Below, in pieces: positions 46,413 through 55,122 of a DNA stretch of 64,000 bases. Source of the stretch: Acidimicrobiia bacterium (GTDB lineage: Bacteria > Actinomycetota > Acidimicrobiia > IMCC26256 > JAGPDB01); assembly GCA_046331265.1 (NCBI GenBank), contig JAXLRE010000006.1, positions 36,010 through 100,009 of the forward strand, written 5' to 3'. The position numbers and the translations under genes are program-made. Under the pieces are notes generated by a model that was not told the DNA's origin, made no database searches, and saw nothing but the letters and a program-made list of their open reading frames with translations. Each line of letters opens with the position of its first letter. The stretch's first letter is position 1.

Positions 46413-47735
46413 ATGTACGTTAATTCAGATGGAGTTGTACAAGAAAACCCTAAACAGAACTATTCATTCGCATCCTGGCCTCAACGCCAGGGACATGCAT
46501 CGATGCCCCATCGACGTATGTCCCGCCTCTCAAATCTAAGCAAGCGTGCAAACTCTGCTTTGGGAGTAATGTTGGTTTTAGCTGTAATAGCTACTGCAGG
46601 AATGGCATTCTCTGTAAGATCACTAGCAAGCGCACATGCACCTGCTTCAGTAAATGGATTTGGGAAAGCAGTATCTCTAGGAGATCCACAAGTATCAGCT
46701 GGAGATGAAGTCGTAGCAATAGCTTCATCTAAAAAAACAGATGGCTATTGGATAGCAACTAGAAAAGGTCAAGTGTTTCCTTTTGGCCAAGTAGTAGATG
46801 CTGGCGAAATAACAACAGATATTTATGCAAATATTGTTGATATAGCAAGTACTCCATCTGGCAACGGGTACTGGTTAATGGCAAATAATGGAAACATCTA
46901 TACATTTGGTGACGCAGGATACTATTCGGCTCCTGAAGTTCAACAAATATTTCATAAGACATTTGTAAAACTTTTACCAACTAAGTCTGGTAAAGGATAC
47001 ACACTTATAGAAAATACAGGTGATGTTCATACATTTGGTGACGCAATCAATTATGGAAGTGCAGCAGGTCTTATAACTGGCGACACAATTGTTGATGCTC
47101 GTTCAACTAAGTCTGGTAAAGGCTATGTAATGTTGACGAGTAAAGGCGCTGTCTTCACATATGGAGATGCAAACTTTTATGGTTCAGTTGTTGCAGGAAA
47201 AATTACTGATAGCGCAACAGCTATTGCTCTAACGGTAACTGGAGAAGGCTATTGGGTATTAACTCAAAATGGTTCTGTATTTAACTTTGGTGATGCTGTT
47301 GATTATGGAAATGCTGCAGAACCTACTCGTGTTGGCGCTCCATCAATCGATATGGCTTTACATAAAAGTGGTAATGGGTATTGGGTTGCAAATGGATATG
47401 CAAAACCTGCTGTTGCCCCAGCTGTAAAAATAGCTAAAAACATTGTCGTTAAAGCACAGACAGTTGCTGCAAATGCAGACGCAAACGCAGCTAACCCAGA
47501 TATATGGGCGGCACTACGAAACTGTGAAGCTGGTGGTAATTACCAAAGAAATTCAGGTAATGGTTACTACGGTGCTTACCAATTTTCTGCAGGTACATGG
47601 AATTCAATGAACACAGGTTACGAAAGAGCTGACTTAGCTCCACCTGAAGTTCAAGACGATGCAGCAAGACGTCTTCAAGCACGAAGTGGTTGGGGACAAT
47701 GGCCTGCTTGTTCAAGAAAGATTGGTGTTAGATAA
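46413..47735 (+). CDS. Secreted/membrane-anchored protein: 5-6 beta-propeller-like 42-aa repeats (GYW...G.V..FGDA..YG) fused to a C-terminal Rpf (resuscitation-promoting factor) transglycosylase-like domain
   Basis: The C-terminus WAALRNCEAGGNYQRNSGNGYYGAYQFSAGTW...GWGQWPACS closely parallels mycobacterial Rpf domains. There is a TM/signal segment, ALGVMLVLAVIATAGMAF. Alternative starts lie at 46503 and 46518. Confidence 0.85.
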   Translation: MYVNSDGVVQENPKQNYSFASWPQRQGHASMPHRRMSRLSNLSKRANSALGVMLVLAVIATAGMAFSVRSLASAHAPASVNGFGKAVSLGDPQVSAGDEVVAIASSKKTDGYWIATRKGQVFPFGQVVDAGEITTDIYANIVDIASTPSGNGYWLMANNGNIYTFGDAGYYSAPEVQQIFHKTFVKLLPTKSGKGYTLIENTGDVHTFGDAINYGSAAGLITGDTIVDARSTKSGKGYVMLTSKGAVFTYGDANFYGSVVAGKITDSATAIALTVTGEGYWVLTQNGSVFNFGDAVDYGNAAEPTRVGAPSIDMALHKSGNGYWVANGYAKPAVAPAVKIAKNIVVKAQTVAANADANAANPDIWAALRNCEAGGNYQRNSGNGYYGAYQFSAGTWNSMNTGYERADLAPPEVQDDAARRLQARSGWGQWPACSRKIGVR

Positions 47736-47748
47736 CACCAACTAGTTC

Positions 47749-47803
47749 GCGTCGTGTAGTGGTCCTCTTCTTGAGGGTGTGACTACTACACGACGCTTTT
47801 TAA
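47749..47803 (+). terminator. Rho-independent terminator after the Rpf-domain gene
   Basis: GCGTCGTGTAGT...ACTACACGACGC (12-bp stem) followed by TTTTT. Confidence 0.7.
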
Positions 47804-47817
47804 TTTTTTAAAAGTTT

Positions 47818-48327
47818 TTAAATTGAAAATGACATTTCGTCAACATTTGAGAATTTGCTCAATTGAGGAGATGTCCACCTTAAAGTTTTAGCTATTTCAT
47901 CACAAGTTTTAATCCAGTTTTCCAAATTAAAACCTTGAGCTATATGTGTGACAGCTGTATCTTGTCGAATATACACAAGGCTTGGAGTTTGGGTAACTCC
48001 TAAAGCTCCACACACTTTTGCGTCTTCATCAATAAAACATTGAGCTTTTGTTGAAGTTTGACTCAATACTTTTTTTGCAACTTGCTCGGATGCTGGAATT
48101 AGATAGGCACAGCGAGCATCTGAATCTCCAAAAGTTTTAAATATCTGTTCAGCAACAGGAATAATTTCATTAGCTTCAAGCTTTGGGGGCAAAACTACCC
48201 ACAAATTTGTAAATACTGTTGTCCAATCGTCAAGAGACCTTGTTATTCCATCGATAGTGGTTAACTGCAAGGTAGGATTTGGTGTTGTAGTCATGAGATT
48301 AAAGATTAGCGTGCCCAAGCATTTCAA
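47818..48327 (-). CDS. Thioredoxin-fold (redoxin/TlpA-like) protein lacking a CxxC motif; function unknown
   Basis: The pattern G..RSLDDW...LWVVLPP ... GVTQTPSLVYI..D resembles a redoxin fold without the active-site cysteines. The call is weak. Confidence 0.35.
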   Translation of the reverse strand: MKCLGTLIFNLMTTTPNPTLQLTTIDGITRSLDDWTTVFTNLWVVLPPKLEANEIIPVAEQIFKTFGDSDARCAYLIPASEQVAKKVLSQTSTKAQCFIDEDAKVCGALGVTQTPSLVYIRQDTAVTHIAQGFNLENWIKTCDEIAKTLRWTSPQLSKFSNVDEMSFSI

Positions 48328-48379
48328 TCACATCTCTAACGCAGCTATAACAACGAAACATTTTGAAAAGTGGATATAA

Positions 48380-49456
48380 ATGAAGCATTATGATGTGGCT
48401 GTAATAGGTGGAGGAGTCCACGGTCTATTTAGTGCCTTTGCTCTTGCTAAAAAGGGTAAATCGGTTGTTGTCTGCGAACAGTATGAGTTTGGGCATCTTC
48501 GGGGTTCTTCTCACGGAGCCACCAAAATATTCCGCTTGTCTTACGAAGACAAAGACTACGTAAAGCTTGCTTTGAACTCATTAGCTTTATGGAGACAAAT
48601 AGAAGATGAAGCACAAGTCTCTTTAATTGAACCAAATGGCTGTGTAGATTTTGGTGATCCTAAAGCTGTTGCTCGAAGAGTAAACGCTATGGACGAGTGT
48701 GGGGTAGCTAGTGAAGTTATTACTAGTGAAGAAGCATCGTATCGTTGGCCCAATTTGTTTTTTGATGAGAGTGTTGTCTTTCATCCCGGTGGCGGACGAA
48801 TTTATGCAAGAGCAACTTTAACTGCATTACGAGAACTTGGTTCAATGATTGGTGTTGAATACAAAGAATTTTTCCGCATAAAGAAAATTTCAAAAGAAGA
48901 TGCCTCAAAAGTGATTTTAGATTCAGACGATGAGATATTAAGTGCAGATATTGTTGTTTGTGCAGCAGGTTCTTGGAACAGGGAAATTTTAGATGGCGTT
49001 ATTGATATGCCAAAGGTAAAAGTTTCTCAAGAACAAACACTATATTTTTCAGGTCGTGATCCTGGCGCAATATGGCCAAATGTTTTTCATCATGGCGAGA
49101 ACACGTTCTTCTCGCAAGAAGCACCAGGTGTTGGAATTATGGTTTCTGGAATTAGGCTCGGAACATATTTTGAAAACTCAACGCTTCGAGACTTTGTTGT
49201 AGATCCATTGGTCGCAATAAATATTTGCAACTTTGTAACTAACTACATGCCTGGTTTACATGATGATCCAATATCTAGTGATACATGTGTTGCAACATTT
49301 AATGGTTCAGGCGATTTTTTGATCGATCGTATAGGCAACATTATTGTTGTTAATGCATGCCAGCAAATAGGTTTCTCGTTTTCGCCTGTTGTCGGAAAAC
49401 TCGTGGCTGATTTAGCGACGGGCAGTCAATTCTCACAACTTCGCTTCCGCCTCTAA
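48380..49456 (+). CDS. FAD-dependent amine oxidase of the monomeric sarcosine oxidase / L-pipecolate oxidase (DAO) family
   Basis: YDVAVIGGGVHGL dinucleotide-binding N-terminus, about 360 aa, and a C-terminal ...GFSFSPVVGKLVADLA segment like MSOX ...GHGFKFSSVVGEILADLA. Confidence 0.75.
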   Translation: MKHYDVAVIGGGVHGLFSAFALAKKGKSVVVCEQYEFGHLRGSSHGATKIFRLSYEDKDYVKLALNSLALWRQIEDEAQVSLIEPNGCVDFGDPKAVARRVNAMDECGVASEVITSEEASYRWPNLFFDESVVFHPGGGRIYARATLTALRELGSMIGVEYKEFFRIKKISKEDASKVILDSDDEILSADIVVCAAGSWNREILDGVIDMPKVKVSQEQTLYFSGRDPGAIWPNVFHHGENTFFSQEAPGVGIMVSGIRLGTYFENSTLRDFVVDPLVAINICNFVTNYMPGLHDDPISSDTCVATFNGSGDFLIDRIGNIIVVNACQQIGFSFSPVVGKLVADLATGSQFSQLRFRL

Positions 49457-49510
49457 CCCCCGTGTTGGGTCGAAAAACTATCGTTTTTCGATAGAAAATC
49501 CCACAAACAC
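49450..49510. repeat. REP-like palindromic element, copy 2 (right arm decayed); it begins inside the last codon/stop of the oxidase gene
   Basis: CCTCTAACCCCCGTGTTGGGTCGAAAAACTATCGTTTTTCGATAGAAAATCCCACAAACAC; colinear with copy 4 at 60431-60506. Confidence 0.55.
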
Positions 49511-49511
49511 A

Positions 49512-49600
49512 ATAAAAAAGAGGATCACAAGGGAGAGAGCGATCCTCTTTAGCATTCGTTCGGCGTGGGGTGGGAGAAAGGCGCCGAATCCGTGTGTCTA
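49512..49600 (-). ncRNA. Candidate 6C-family small RNA (two hairpins with C-rich loops; the second serves as a terminator)
   Basis: The minus strand reads UUCGGCG-CCUUUCUCCCACCCCA-CGCCGAA ... AAGAGGAUC-GCUCUCUCCCUUGU-GAUCCUCUU-UUUUUAUU. It lies downstream of the SGNH gene. The 5' end is undefined. Confidence 0.45.
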
Positions 49601-49689
49601 CATAATCGTTTTTATTGGTAAAAATATCCATAGGTCATTTGTATTAAAAATTTCACACAAGCCGGTTTGATGACAACTAATAATGCGCT

Positions 49690-50880
49690 TTATTCGCTAA
49701 GTAATGATTCAGTAGTGTTTTGCGTTGTTGTGGTTGTTGAGATATCAGAAGGTTCTGTACTGGTGGTACTTGAATTCGACTGAAATGTAGAAGTAGATGA
49801 AGAGTTTAAATTATCTGTTGTTGATGCTGTTTTGTATGATGTGCAACAACCAGAAACTTTTGATGGTTTAATAGGTTTGCCGTCACTAAATCTCTCAATA
49901 AAAAAAGATTTATCTAAAAAACTAAATAGTTTCTTTCCGAGTAATTCGCCGCCCGCTCCAGTTATATGGATACCATCATCTGTGCGAATAGTCACTGATT
50001 TCTTTGATACCAATAGAGATTTTTGAAACTTTAATTGTGGAGATAATACATTATTTGAATCAAATAGATAGCCTTTGTTTTCTGCAATAACGTTTTTAAT
50101 AACACGATTTATTTTTTGAACATTTGAATTTAATTTTGAATCTTTCATTGCAGGTGGTAGAACAAAAACAGCTTTGCGTGACTGTAAATTTATGATTTTT
50201 AAAACCTCATTAAGTTTTTTTTCATAATTTTTTTCGTAATTAGTTGGATTAGAAGAAGCAATTGAAGCGTCGTTTGTCCCTATCATGAACACAACAATTT
50301 CAGGATTGTATTTAGACATCATTTGTTTTAAATGTTTCGGCCAATTAAAAAAATTTTCATTTACGAGTCCACTTGATGGTCGAGAATCCCATGTAGCTTT
50401 CACGACGCCAGTATCACCAAGAGTTTTACTTAAAAAATTTCCGTATGAACCAACTAAGGAATCTCCCGCTATATAAACGCGTAATGGTTTTTCTGGAGTT
50501 AGTTCTCGAAGTGCTTCAATTGTTTCGCCTTCAACTTTTACAGGGTTAGATTGTATATTCGTACTCGATTGGCTATTTGAAAAATAGGGTCTCTGTCCAG
50601 TCCCAAGTTTGATTGTATCTGTCGCAATTAATGCCAAGAGTAAACCAATTACAATCGAAACTGCTATCAAAACATTTCTACGAATCTTTGAATGCTTTAG
50701 TCTTAGTTCTCTTCGGGCAGAAATTAATGGCCTTGAGTCTTTCTTTCGATCTCTATCAACTTGAGACGAGGTATCTACCGCGTGATGGTGGCTATCGTTT
50801 GAAGCAAATAAAGCCGATCGTCGAGGATCGGTATTTTCGCTTTGTCTTAAAAAAGGGTTTTGCGGATCAAAATCTGCCAT
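49690..50880 (-). CDS. Membrane-anchored SGNH/GDSL hydrolase (DUF459-like) with a Ser/Thr-rich C-terminal tail
   Basis: N-terminal cytoplasmic region plus TM; RVYIAGDSLVGS (block I), SSGLVNENFFNWP, VVFMIGTNDA (block III). Confidence 0.75.
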   Translation of the reverse strand: MADFDPQNPFLRQSENTDPRRSALFASNDSHHHAVDTSSQVDRDRKKDSRPLISARRELRLKHSKIRRNVLIAVSIVIGLLLALIATDTIKLGTGQRPYFSNSQSSTNIQSNPVKVEGETIEALRELTPEKPLRVYIAGDSLVGSYGNFLSKTLGDTGVVKATWDSRPSSGLVNENFFNWPKHLKQMMSKYNPEIVVFMIGTNDASIASSNPTNYEKNYEKKLNEVLKIINLQSRKAVFVLPPAMKDSKLNSNVQKINRVIKNVIAENKGYLFDSNNVLSPQLKFQKSLLVSKKSVTIRTDDGIHITGAGGELLGKKLFSFLDKSFFIERFSDGKPIKPSKVSGCCTSYKTASTTDNLNSSSTSTFQSNSSTTSTEPSDISTTTTTQNTTESLLSE

Positions 50881-50932
50881 AAGAACTTATATATTCTAGG
50901 CGATTTATATAAAATGCGCATTATTTACACGA

Positions 50933-52831
50933 TTAATTGTCTTCAAACATATGCCCATGGCTTTGTGTCGAATATAAATCAGCATAAAGGCCGTTAGATC
51001 TCATAAGTTCACTATGTGTACCAGATTCGACAATTGAGCCATTTTCTAAGACGATAATTTTATCTGCATTGATAATTGTGCTTAACCGGTGAGCAATAAC
51101 CAAAGCAGTTCTTTGTTCTAATGCTGCATCGAATGCCTTTTGTATAGATAATTCAGTTTCTGAGTCTAAATGTGAGGTCGCCTCATCAAGAATCACAACA
51201 GCAGGATTTTTTAACAAAACTCTAGCGATTGCAAGACGTTGTTTCTCTCCACCAGAAAGACGGTATCCTCGCTCGCCTACGAGTGTGTCGTATTTGTCTG
51301 GTAAAGAATTTATCATTTCATGTATTTGTGCACGTTTACATGCATCAACGATTTGTTCATCTGTTGCATCAGGTACTGCATAGCGCAAATTTGTCGCGAT
51401 TGTATCGTGAAACAAATGTGGATCTTGTGTGACAACCGAAACATTTTTCTTTATCGATTCAAAAGAAAGGTCTTTAACATTTATGTCATCAATTAGAACT
51501 TCGCCTTCAGATGAATCGTAAATTCGTGGAAGCAACATTGCTGTTGTTGTTTTTCCTGCGCCAGAAGGGCCAACCAACGCAATAGTTTGACCAGGATCTA
51601 TCATAAACGAAATGTTGTTTAGAATTTGTTCGTTTTCTTCTTTACTTACTACTGTCGATTCTTCCTCTAGCGATGCTAGTGTGATCAATTCTTTTTTAGG
51701 ATGAGTAAACGAAACATTTTTAAATTCAACTTTTCCTTGAGCATTCTCTAGTTGCAAAGGGTTTGATTTCTCTTGGAGTAACGGTTTGAAATCGAGTACT
51801 TCAAAAACTCGATCAAAACTGACTAGCGCAGTCAACACATCAACTCGAGCGTTAGTTAATTGCGTAAGTGGATCATAAACTTGACCAACATAAAATACAA
51901 AAGCGCCAATGGTACCAGCAGAAATAGCACCAGTTATAGCTAGTCTTCCTCCAATGTAATAAACAACTGCAGCGCCTAAAGCTGAAATTAAACCAAGAAT
52001 TGCAAATAATGTTCGAACATATATTGCTTGTTGAATTCCTATATCAGCAACACGTCTTGCGCGGTTAGCAAAATATTGTTTTTCATCCTTTGGTCTACCA
52101 AAAAGTTTTACGATTAAAGCTCCAGAAACATTAAATTTTTCAACAATGGTTGCATTCATAGAAGAATTTAAATCCATTGCTTCACGAGCAGTACCTTGAA
52201 GCCTTGCCCCAACTCTACGTGCAGGAATAACAAATAGTGGTAGCACAATTAATGTAACAATTGTTAAGCGCCATTCGAGTCTTAACATCACAGTTAATGT
52301 CACAATTAATGTAATTATGTTGCTTATAACTGTACCTAATGTTGAAGTAACAGCTGTTTGTGCCCCTATAACATCATTATTTAATCGGCTCATTAATGAA
52401 CCAGTTTGTGTTCGAGTAAAAAATGATAAAGGTTGCTTTTGAATATGATCAAACAAAGCAACACGTAAATCGAAGATCAGTCCTTCTCCAATTGCTGCCG
52501 AATAGTATCTTTGAACAATTTGTAGAGCAGCTGAAACAATTGCGACAACAACACCTGCGATTGCAAGCCATGTAATTATTCCTAAATCACCTTTAGAGTT
52601 AGTATGAGGAAGTCCCTTATCTATAAGTGTCTTAAAAAGTAAAGGTGGAATTGCTCCGACAATCGCAGAAAAAAGCATCGAACTAATAAATAAAATCAAA
52701 GACTTTTTATAGGATTTTGCGAAACCCCAAACTCTTTTTACCTTGTCCCTATCGATCTTTTTTCCTTTTACCGATTTCGGATCGTTACGGTAACTCATCA
52801 CCATTTGCCAGCTCATAAGTACAGGATACAT
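50933..52831 (-). CDS. ABC exporter, fused permease/ATPase (MsbA/MdlB-like)
   Basis: 6-TM domain followed by GPSGAGKTT (Walker A), LSGGEKQRLAIAR and VILDEATS. The true start is probably the internal Met (MSYRNDPK..., about 52798). Confidence 0.9.
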   Translation of the reverse strand: MYPVLMSWQMVMSYRNDPKSVKGKKIDRDKVKRVWGFAKSYKKSLILFISSMLFSAIVGAIPPLLFKTLIDKGLPHTNSKGDLGIITWLAIAGVVVAIVSAALQIVQRYYSAAIGEGLIFDLRVALFDHIQKQPLSFFTRTQTGSLMSRLNNDVIGAQTAVTSTLGTVISNIITLIVTLTVMLRLEWRLTIVTLIVLPLFVIPARRVGARLQGTAREAMDLNSSMNATIVEKFNVSGALIVKLFGRPKDEKQYFANRARRVADIGIQQAIYVRTLFAILGLISALGAAVVYYIGGRLAITGAISAGTIGAFVFYVGQVYDPLTQLTNARVDVLTALVSFDRVFEVLDFKPLLQEKSNPLQLENAQGKVEFKNVSFTHPKKELITLASLEEESTVVSKEENEQILNNISFMIDPGQTIALVGPSGAGKTTTAMLLPRIYDSSEGEVLIDDINVKDLSFESIKKNVSVVTQDPHLFHDTIATNLRYAVPDATDEQIVDACKRAQIHEMINSLPDKYDTLVGERGYRLSGGEKQRLAIARVLLKNPAVVILDEATSHLDSETELSIQKAFDAALEQRTALVIAHRLSTIINADKIIVLENGSIVESGTHSELMRSNGLYADLYSTQSHGHMFEDN

Positions 52832-52891
52832 AATTTTTGGCCAATTCAGGTTCTCGGAGAGATTTTATATTTAGAAATCAATTAGTGTTAT

Positions 52892-53467
52892 TTGATGGCT
52901 AAGGTAGAAAAATCAACTGAAATAAACGATGTTTTAATTATCACACCAGATGTATTTGGTGATGAGAGAGGAATGTTCGTCGAAACGTTCCGTCAAGAAT
53001 GGCTGCCAGAAAATGCGCCAACAATGGTCCAAGGCAACAGAGCTACTAGAAAAAAGGGTTCACTTGTTGGTCTTCACTACCACTTATTCCAAGAAGATTT
53101 TTGGTATGTACCTTTTGGAACAGCGCTAGTTGCTCTTCATGATTTACGTGAAGGTTCGCCTACTAACGGAAAAAGCCAGACTTTAGAGATCAGCGGTGAA
53201 GACCACCGTGGTGTTTATATTCCTAGAGGTGTAGCTCACGGCTTTCTAGCTTTAACCGATATGACTATTACTTACTTGGTCGATAACTACTACAACGGTT
53301 CCGACGAGTTGGGTGTTTTGTATTCTGATCCAGAATTAGGTTTTGATTGGCCTTTGCAAGATTTAACTGTTTCTAATAGAGACAAAGAAAATCCAAAACG
53401 AAGTGAAATCAAAGACGAAATCAGACCTCAATATAAAGCACTATATGACGTTGCTCCAAGCGAGTGA
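52892..53467 (+). CDS. rmlC: dTDP-4-dehydrorhamnose 3,5-epimerase
   Basis: FGDERGMFVETF, GSLVGLHYH and RGVAHGF motifs. No rmlA, rmlB or rmlD is present in the window. Confidence 0.85.
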   Translation: MMAKVEKSTEINDVLIITPDVFGDERGMFVETFRQEWLPENAPTMVQGNRATRKKGSLVGLHYHLFQEDFWYVPFGTALVALHDLREGSPTNGKSQTLEISGEDHRGVYIPRGVAHGFLALTDMTITYLVDNYYNGSDELGVLYSDPELGFDWPLQDLTVSNRDKENPKRSEIKDEIRPQYKALYDVAPSE

Positions 53468-53470
53468 TAA

Positions 53471-54235
53471 TTGCTAGCAATAAATGTTGACGCCTCACCT
53501 ATAGGCTTAATTATTGCCTTTCTCGGTGGTGTTGTTTCTATATTGTCGCCTTGCGTTTTACCAGTATTGCCCGGTTTAGTCTCAATTGTTTCTGGTGCAA
53601 CAATTGGGGAATTAGAAAATGAAAAAAAACTGGGTAGCAAAGTATTAAAAATATGTCTATTTTTTACACTTGGATTTTCTAGTGTTTACATAGTTATAGG
53701 CATGGCTACAACTAGCTTAAGCGAAATATTTCTTCGAAATTCTTCGACTATGACACGCTTCGGTGGAGCACTAATTCTAATTTTTGCTTTTATCATGTTG
53801 ATGAATCATTTAGGGTGGATAAAACTTTTTGCTAAAGATTCAAGACCATTTTTAAGTAATGCTGTTAAAGATTCAGGTGCATTTGTTACCGGAGCTGCAT
53901 TTGGTTTTGGGTGGTCGCCATGTTTTGGCCCGATCATGGGGGCAGTGATCGCATATGCTTCTACTGATCACAATATATTTTCAAGAATATCGATAATCGC
54001 TGCATATTGTATTGGTCTTTGTTTCTCGATGACGTTAATTGTTTATTCTTCTTTTAGATATAAACGCTTTGTTCTATTTTTAAAGAAACATTTAAACGTA
54101 TTCGTATGGACCTCAGTTTTGTTAATGATCTTTTTTGGTGTCATTTTGCTTATGAATAAAATGACATGGTTAACTTCATATGTCACTCAATTTTTAGACT
54201 TTATTGGCTTAGATAAACTCATTACCATTGGCTAA
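53471..54235 (+). CDS. ccdA: Cytochrome c biogenesis / thiol-disulfide electron transfer protein CcdA (DsbD-beta family)
   Basis: SPCVLPVLPG and WSPCFGPI, the two conserved Cys motifs; 6 TM helices. Confidence 0.8.
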   Translation: MLAINVDASPIGLIIAFLGGVVSILSPCVLPVLPGLVSIVSGATIGELENEKKLGSKVLKICLFFTLGFSSVYIVIGMATTSLSEIFLRNSSTMTRFGGALILIFAFIMLMNHLGWIKLFAKDSRPFLSNAVKDSGAFVTGAAFGFGWSPCFGPIMGAVIAYASTDHNIFSRISIIAAYCIGLCFSMTLIVYSSFRYKRFVLFLKKHLNVFVWTSVLLMIFFGVILLMNKMTWLTSYVTQFLDFIGLDKLITIG

Positions 54236-54308
54236 GTCCTATTTTTCGAACAATTTGCGGTTACTTTTTTATCTGGTTAACCTAGTTAACTCTAAATGAC
54301 TGAATCGC

Positions 54309-54385
<77 letters not shown>

Positions 54386-54388
54386 AGT

Positions 54389-54420
54389 AAAGCCGTACTC
54401 CTAGGAGTACGGCTTTTTGT
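54389..54420 (+). terminator. Rho-independent terminator after tRNA-fMet
   Basis: AAAGCCGTACTCC-TA-GGAGTACGGCTTT followed by TTTG. Confidence 0.8.
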
Positions 54421-54478
54421 TTCCTCTGCGTTGGGTGTTATATGACTGCATATTGCAGTCGTTCCGCACCCAACGCGA
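54421..54478. repeat. REP-like palindromic element, copy 3 (same outer arms, different inner palindrome)
   Basis: TTCCTCT-GCGTTGGGTG-ttatat-GACTGCA-TAT-TGCAGTC-gttccg-CACCCAACGC. It shares the TTCCTCT 5' flank with copy 4. Confidence 0.5.
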
Positions 54479-54492
54479 AGTAGGATTTCAAA

Positions 54493-55122
54493 ATGGCAAA
54501 AACATCGTTAGCAAAGCTCTGGTTTCTTGTAATTTCGGCTTGCGCTTTATTTGCTGTACCAACAAGTGCATATGTTTCGTATAACGATACTTATGGTGAG
54601 TTTTCGACTGGTATAGCAAGAGTAGTTAACGTATTTTGCTTTTTTACAATTATTACAAATTCTATATGTGCGTTTCTTTCTTTTATCTACGTGAAAAGGA
54701 ATGGAAAGTTATCGCAAAATCAAATTACTTATTTCTTTTCTGCAGTCGTATCAATAATTGTTGTTGGGGTTGTTTACTATTTACTTGTTGCCCCAACGCA
54801 AAACTTGTCGGGTATAAGCATCTATACCAGTTTTATTGAACATACTATCGTTCCAATAATGTTCACAATTGGATGGCTGATTTTTGTTCCTCATGGTGTT
54901 ACAACAACACGGACAGTTTTACTTGCGCTGATTTATCCTGTCGGCTGGGCAATATTTGCCATGATAAGAGGATCTATCGTTTCTTATTATCCATACTCAT
55001 TTATGGACGTTATTTATTTAGGTTACGCAAAAGCATTAATGAACATGGCTGGTGTGACAGCATTTTTTCTTTTACTATTTTTTGGTGCACATCTATTAGA
55101 TAAGAAATTAGGGAAGCATTAG
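54493..55122 (+). CDS. Integral membrane protein, about 6 TM (possibly Pr6Pr-family)
   Basis: 209 aa and hydrophobic throughout. The family assignment is tentative. Confidence 0.45.
   Translation: MAKTSLAKLWFLVISACALFAVPTSAYVSYNDTYGEFSTGIARVVNVFCFFTIITNSICAFLSFIYVKRNGKLSQNQITYFFSAVVSIIVVGVVYYLLVAPTQNLSGISIYTSFIEHTIVPIMFTIGWLIFVPHGVTTTRTVLLALIYPVGWAIFAMIRGSIVSYYPYSFMDVIYLGYAKALMNMAGVTAFFLLLFFGAHLLDKKLGKH

Noticed and set aside
46267-46539. 90-aa ORF in the ORF track, upstream of and overlapping the Rpf-domain gene
   Set aside because: It lies within the GC-rich structured leader (the candidate ydaO riboswitch) and overlaps the 5' end of the Rpf-domain gene in another frame. It has no RBS and a Cys/Arg/His-rich composition typical of translating GC-rich non-coding sequence.
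54760-54800. Inverted repeat GTTGGGG...CCCCAAC inside the 54493-55122 membrane-protein gene, which resembles the REP-like arms
   Set aside because: The arms are only 6-7 bp, it lacks the conserved flanks and inner segment, and it lies within an intact coding frame (VVGVVYYLLVAPTQ). It is probably coincidental.
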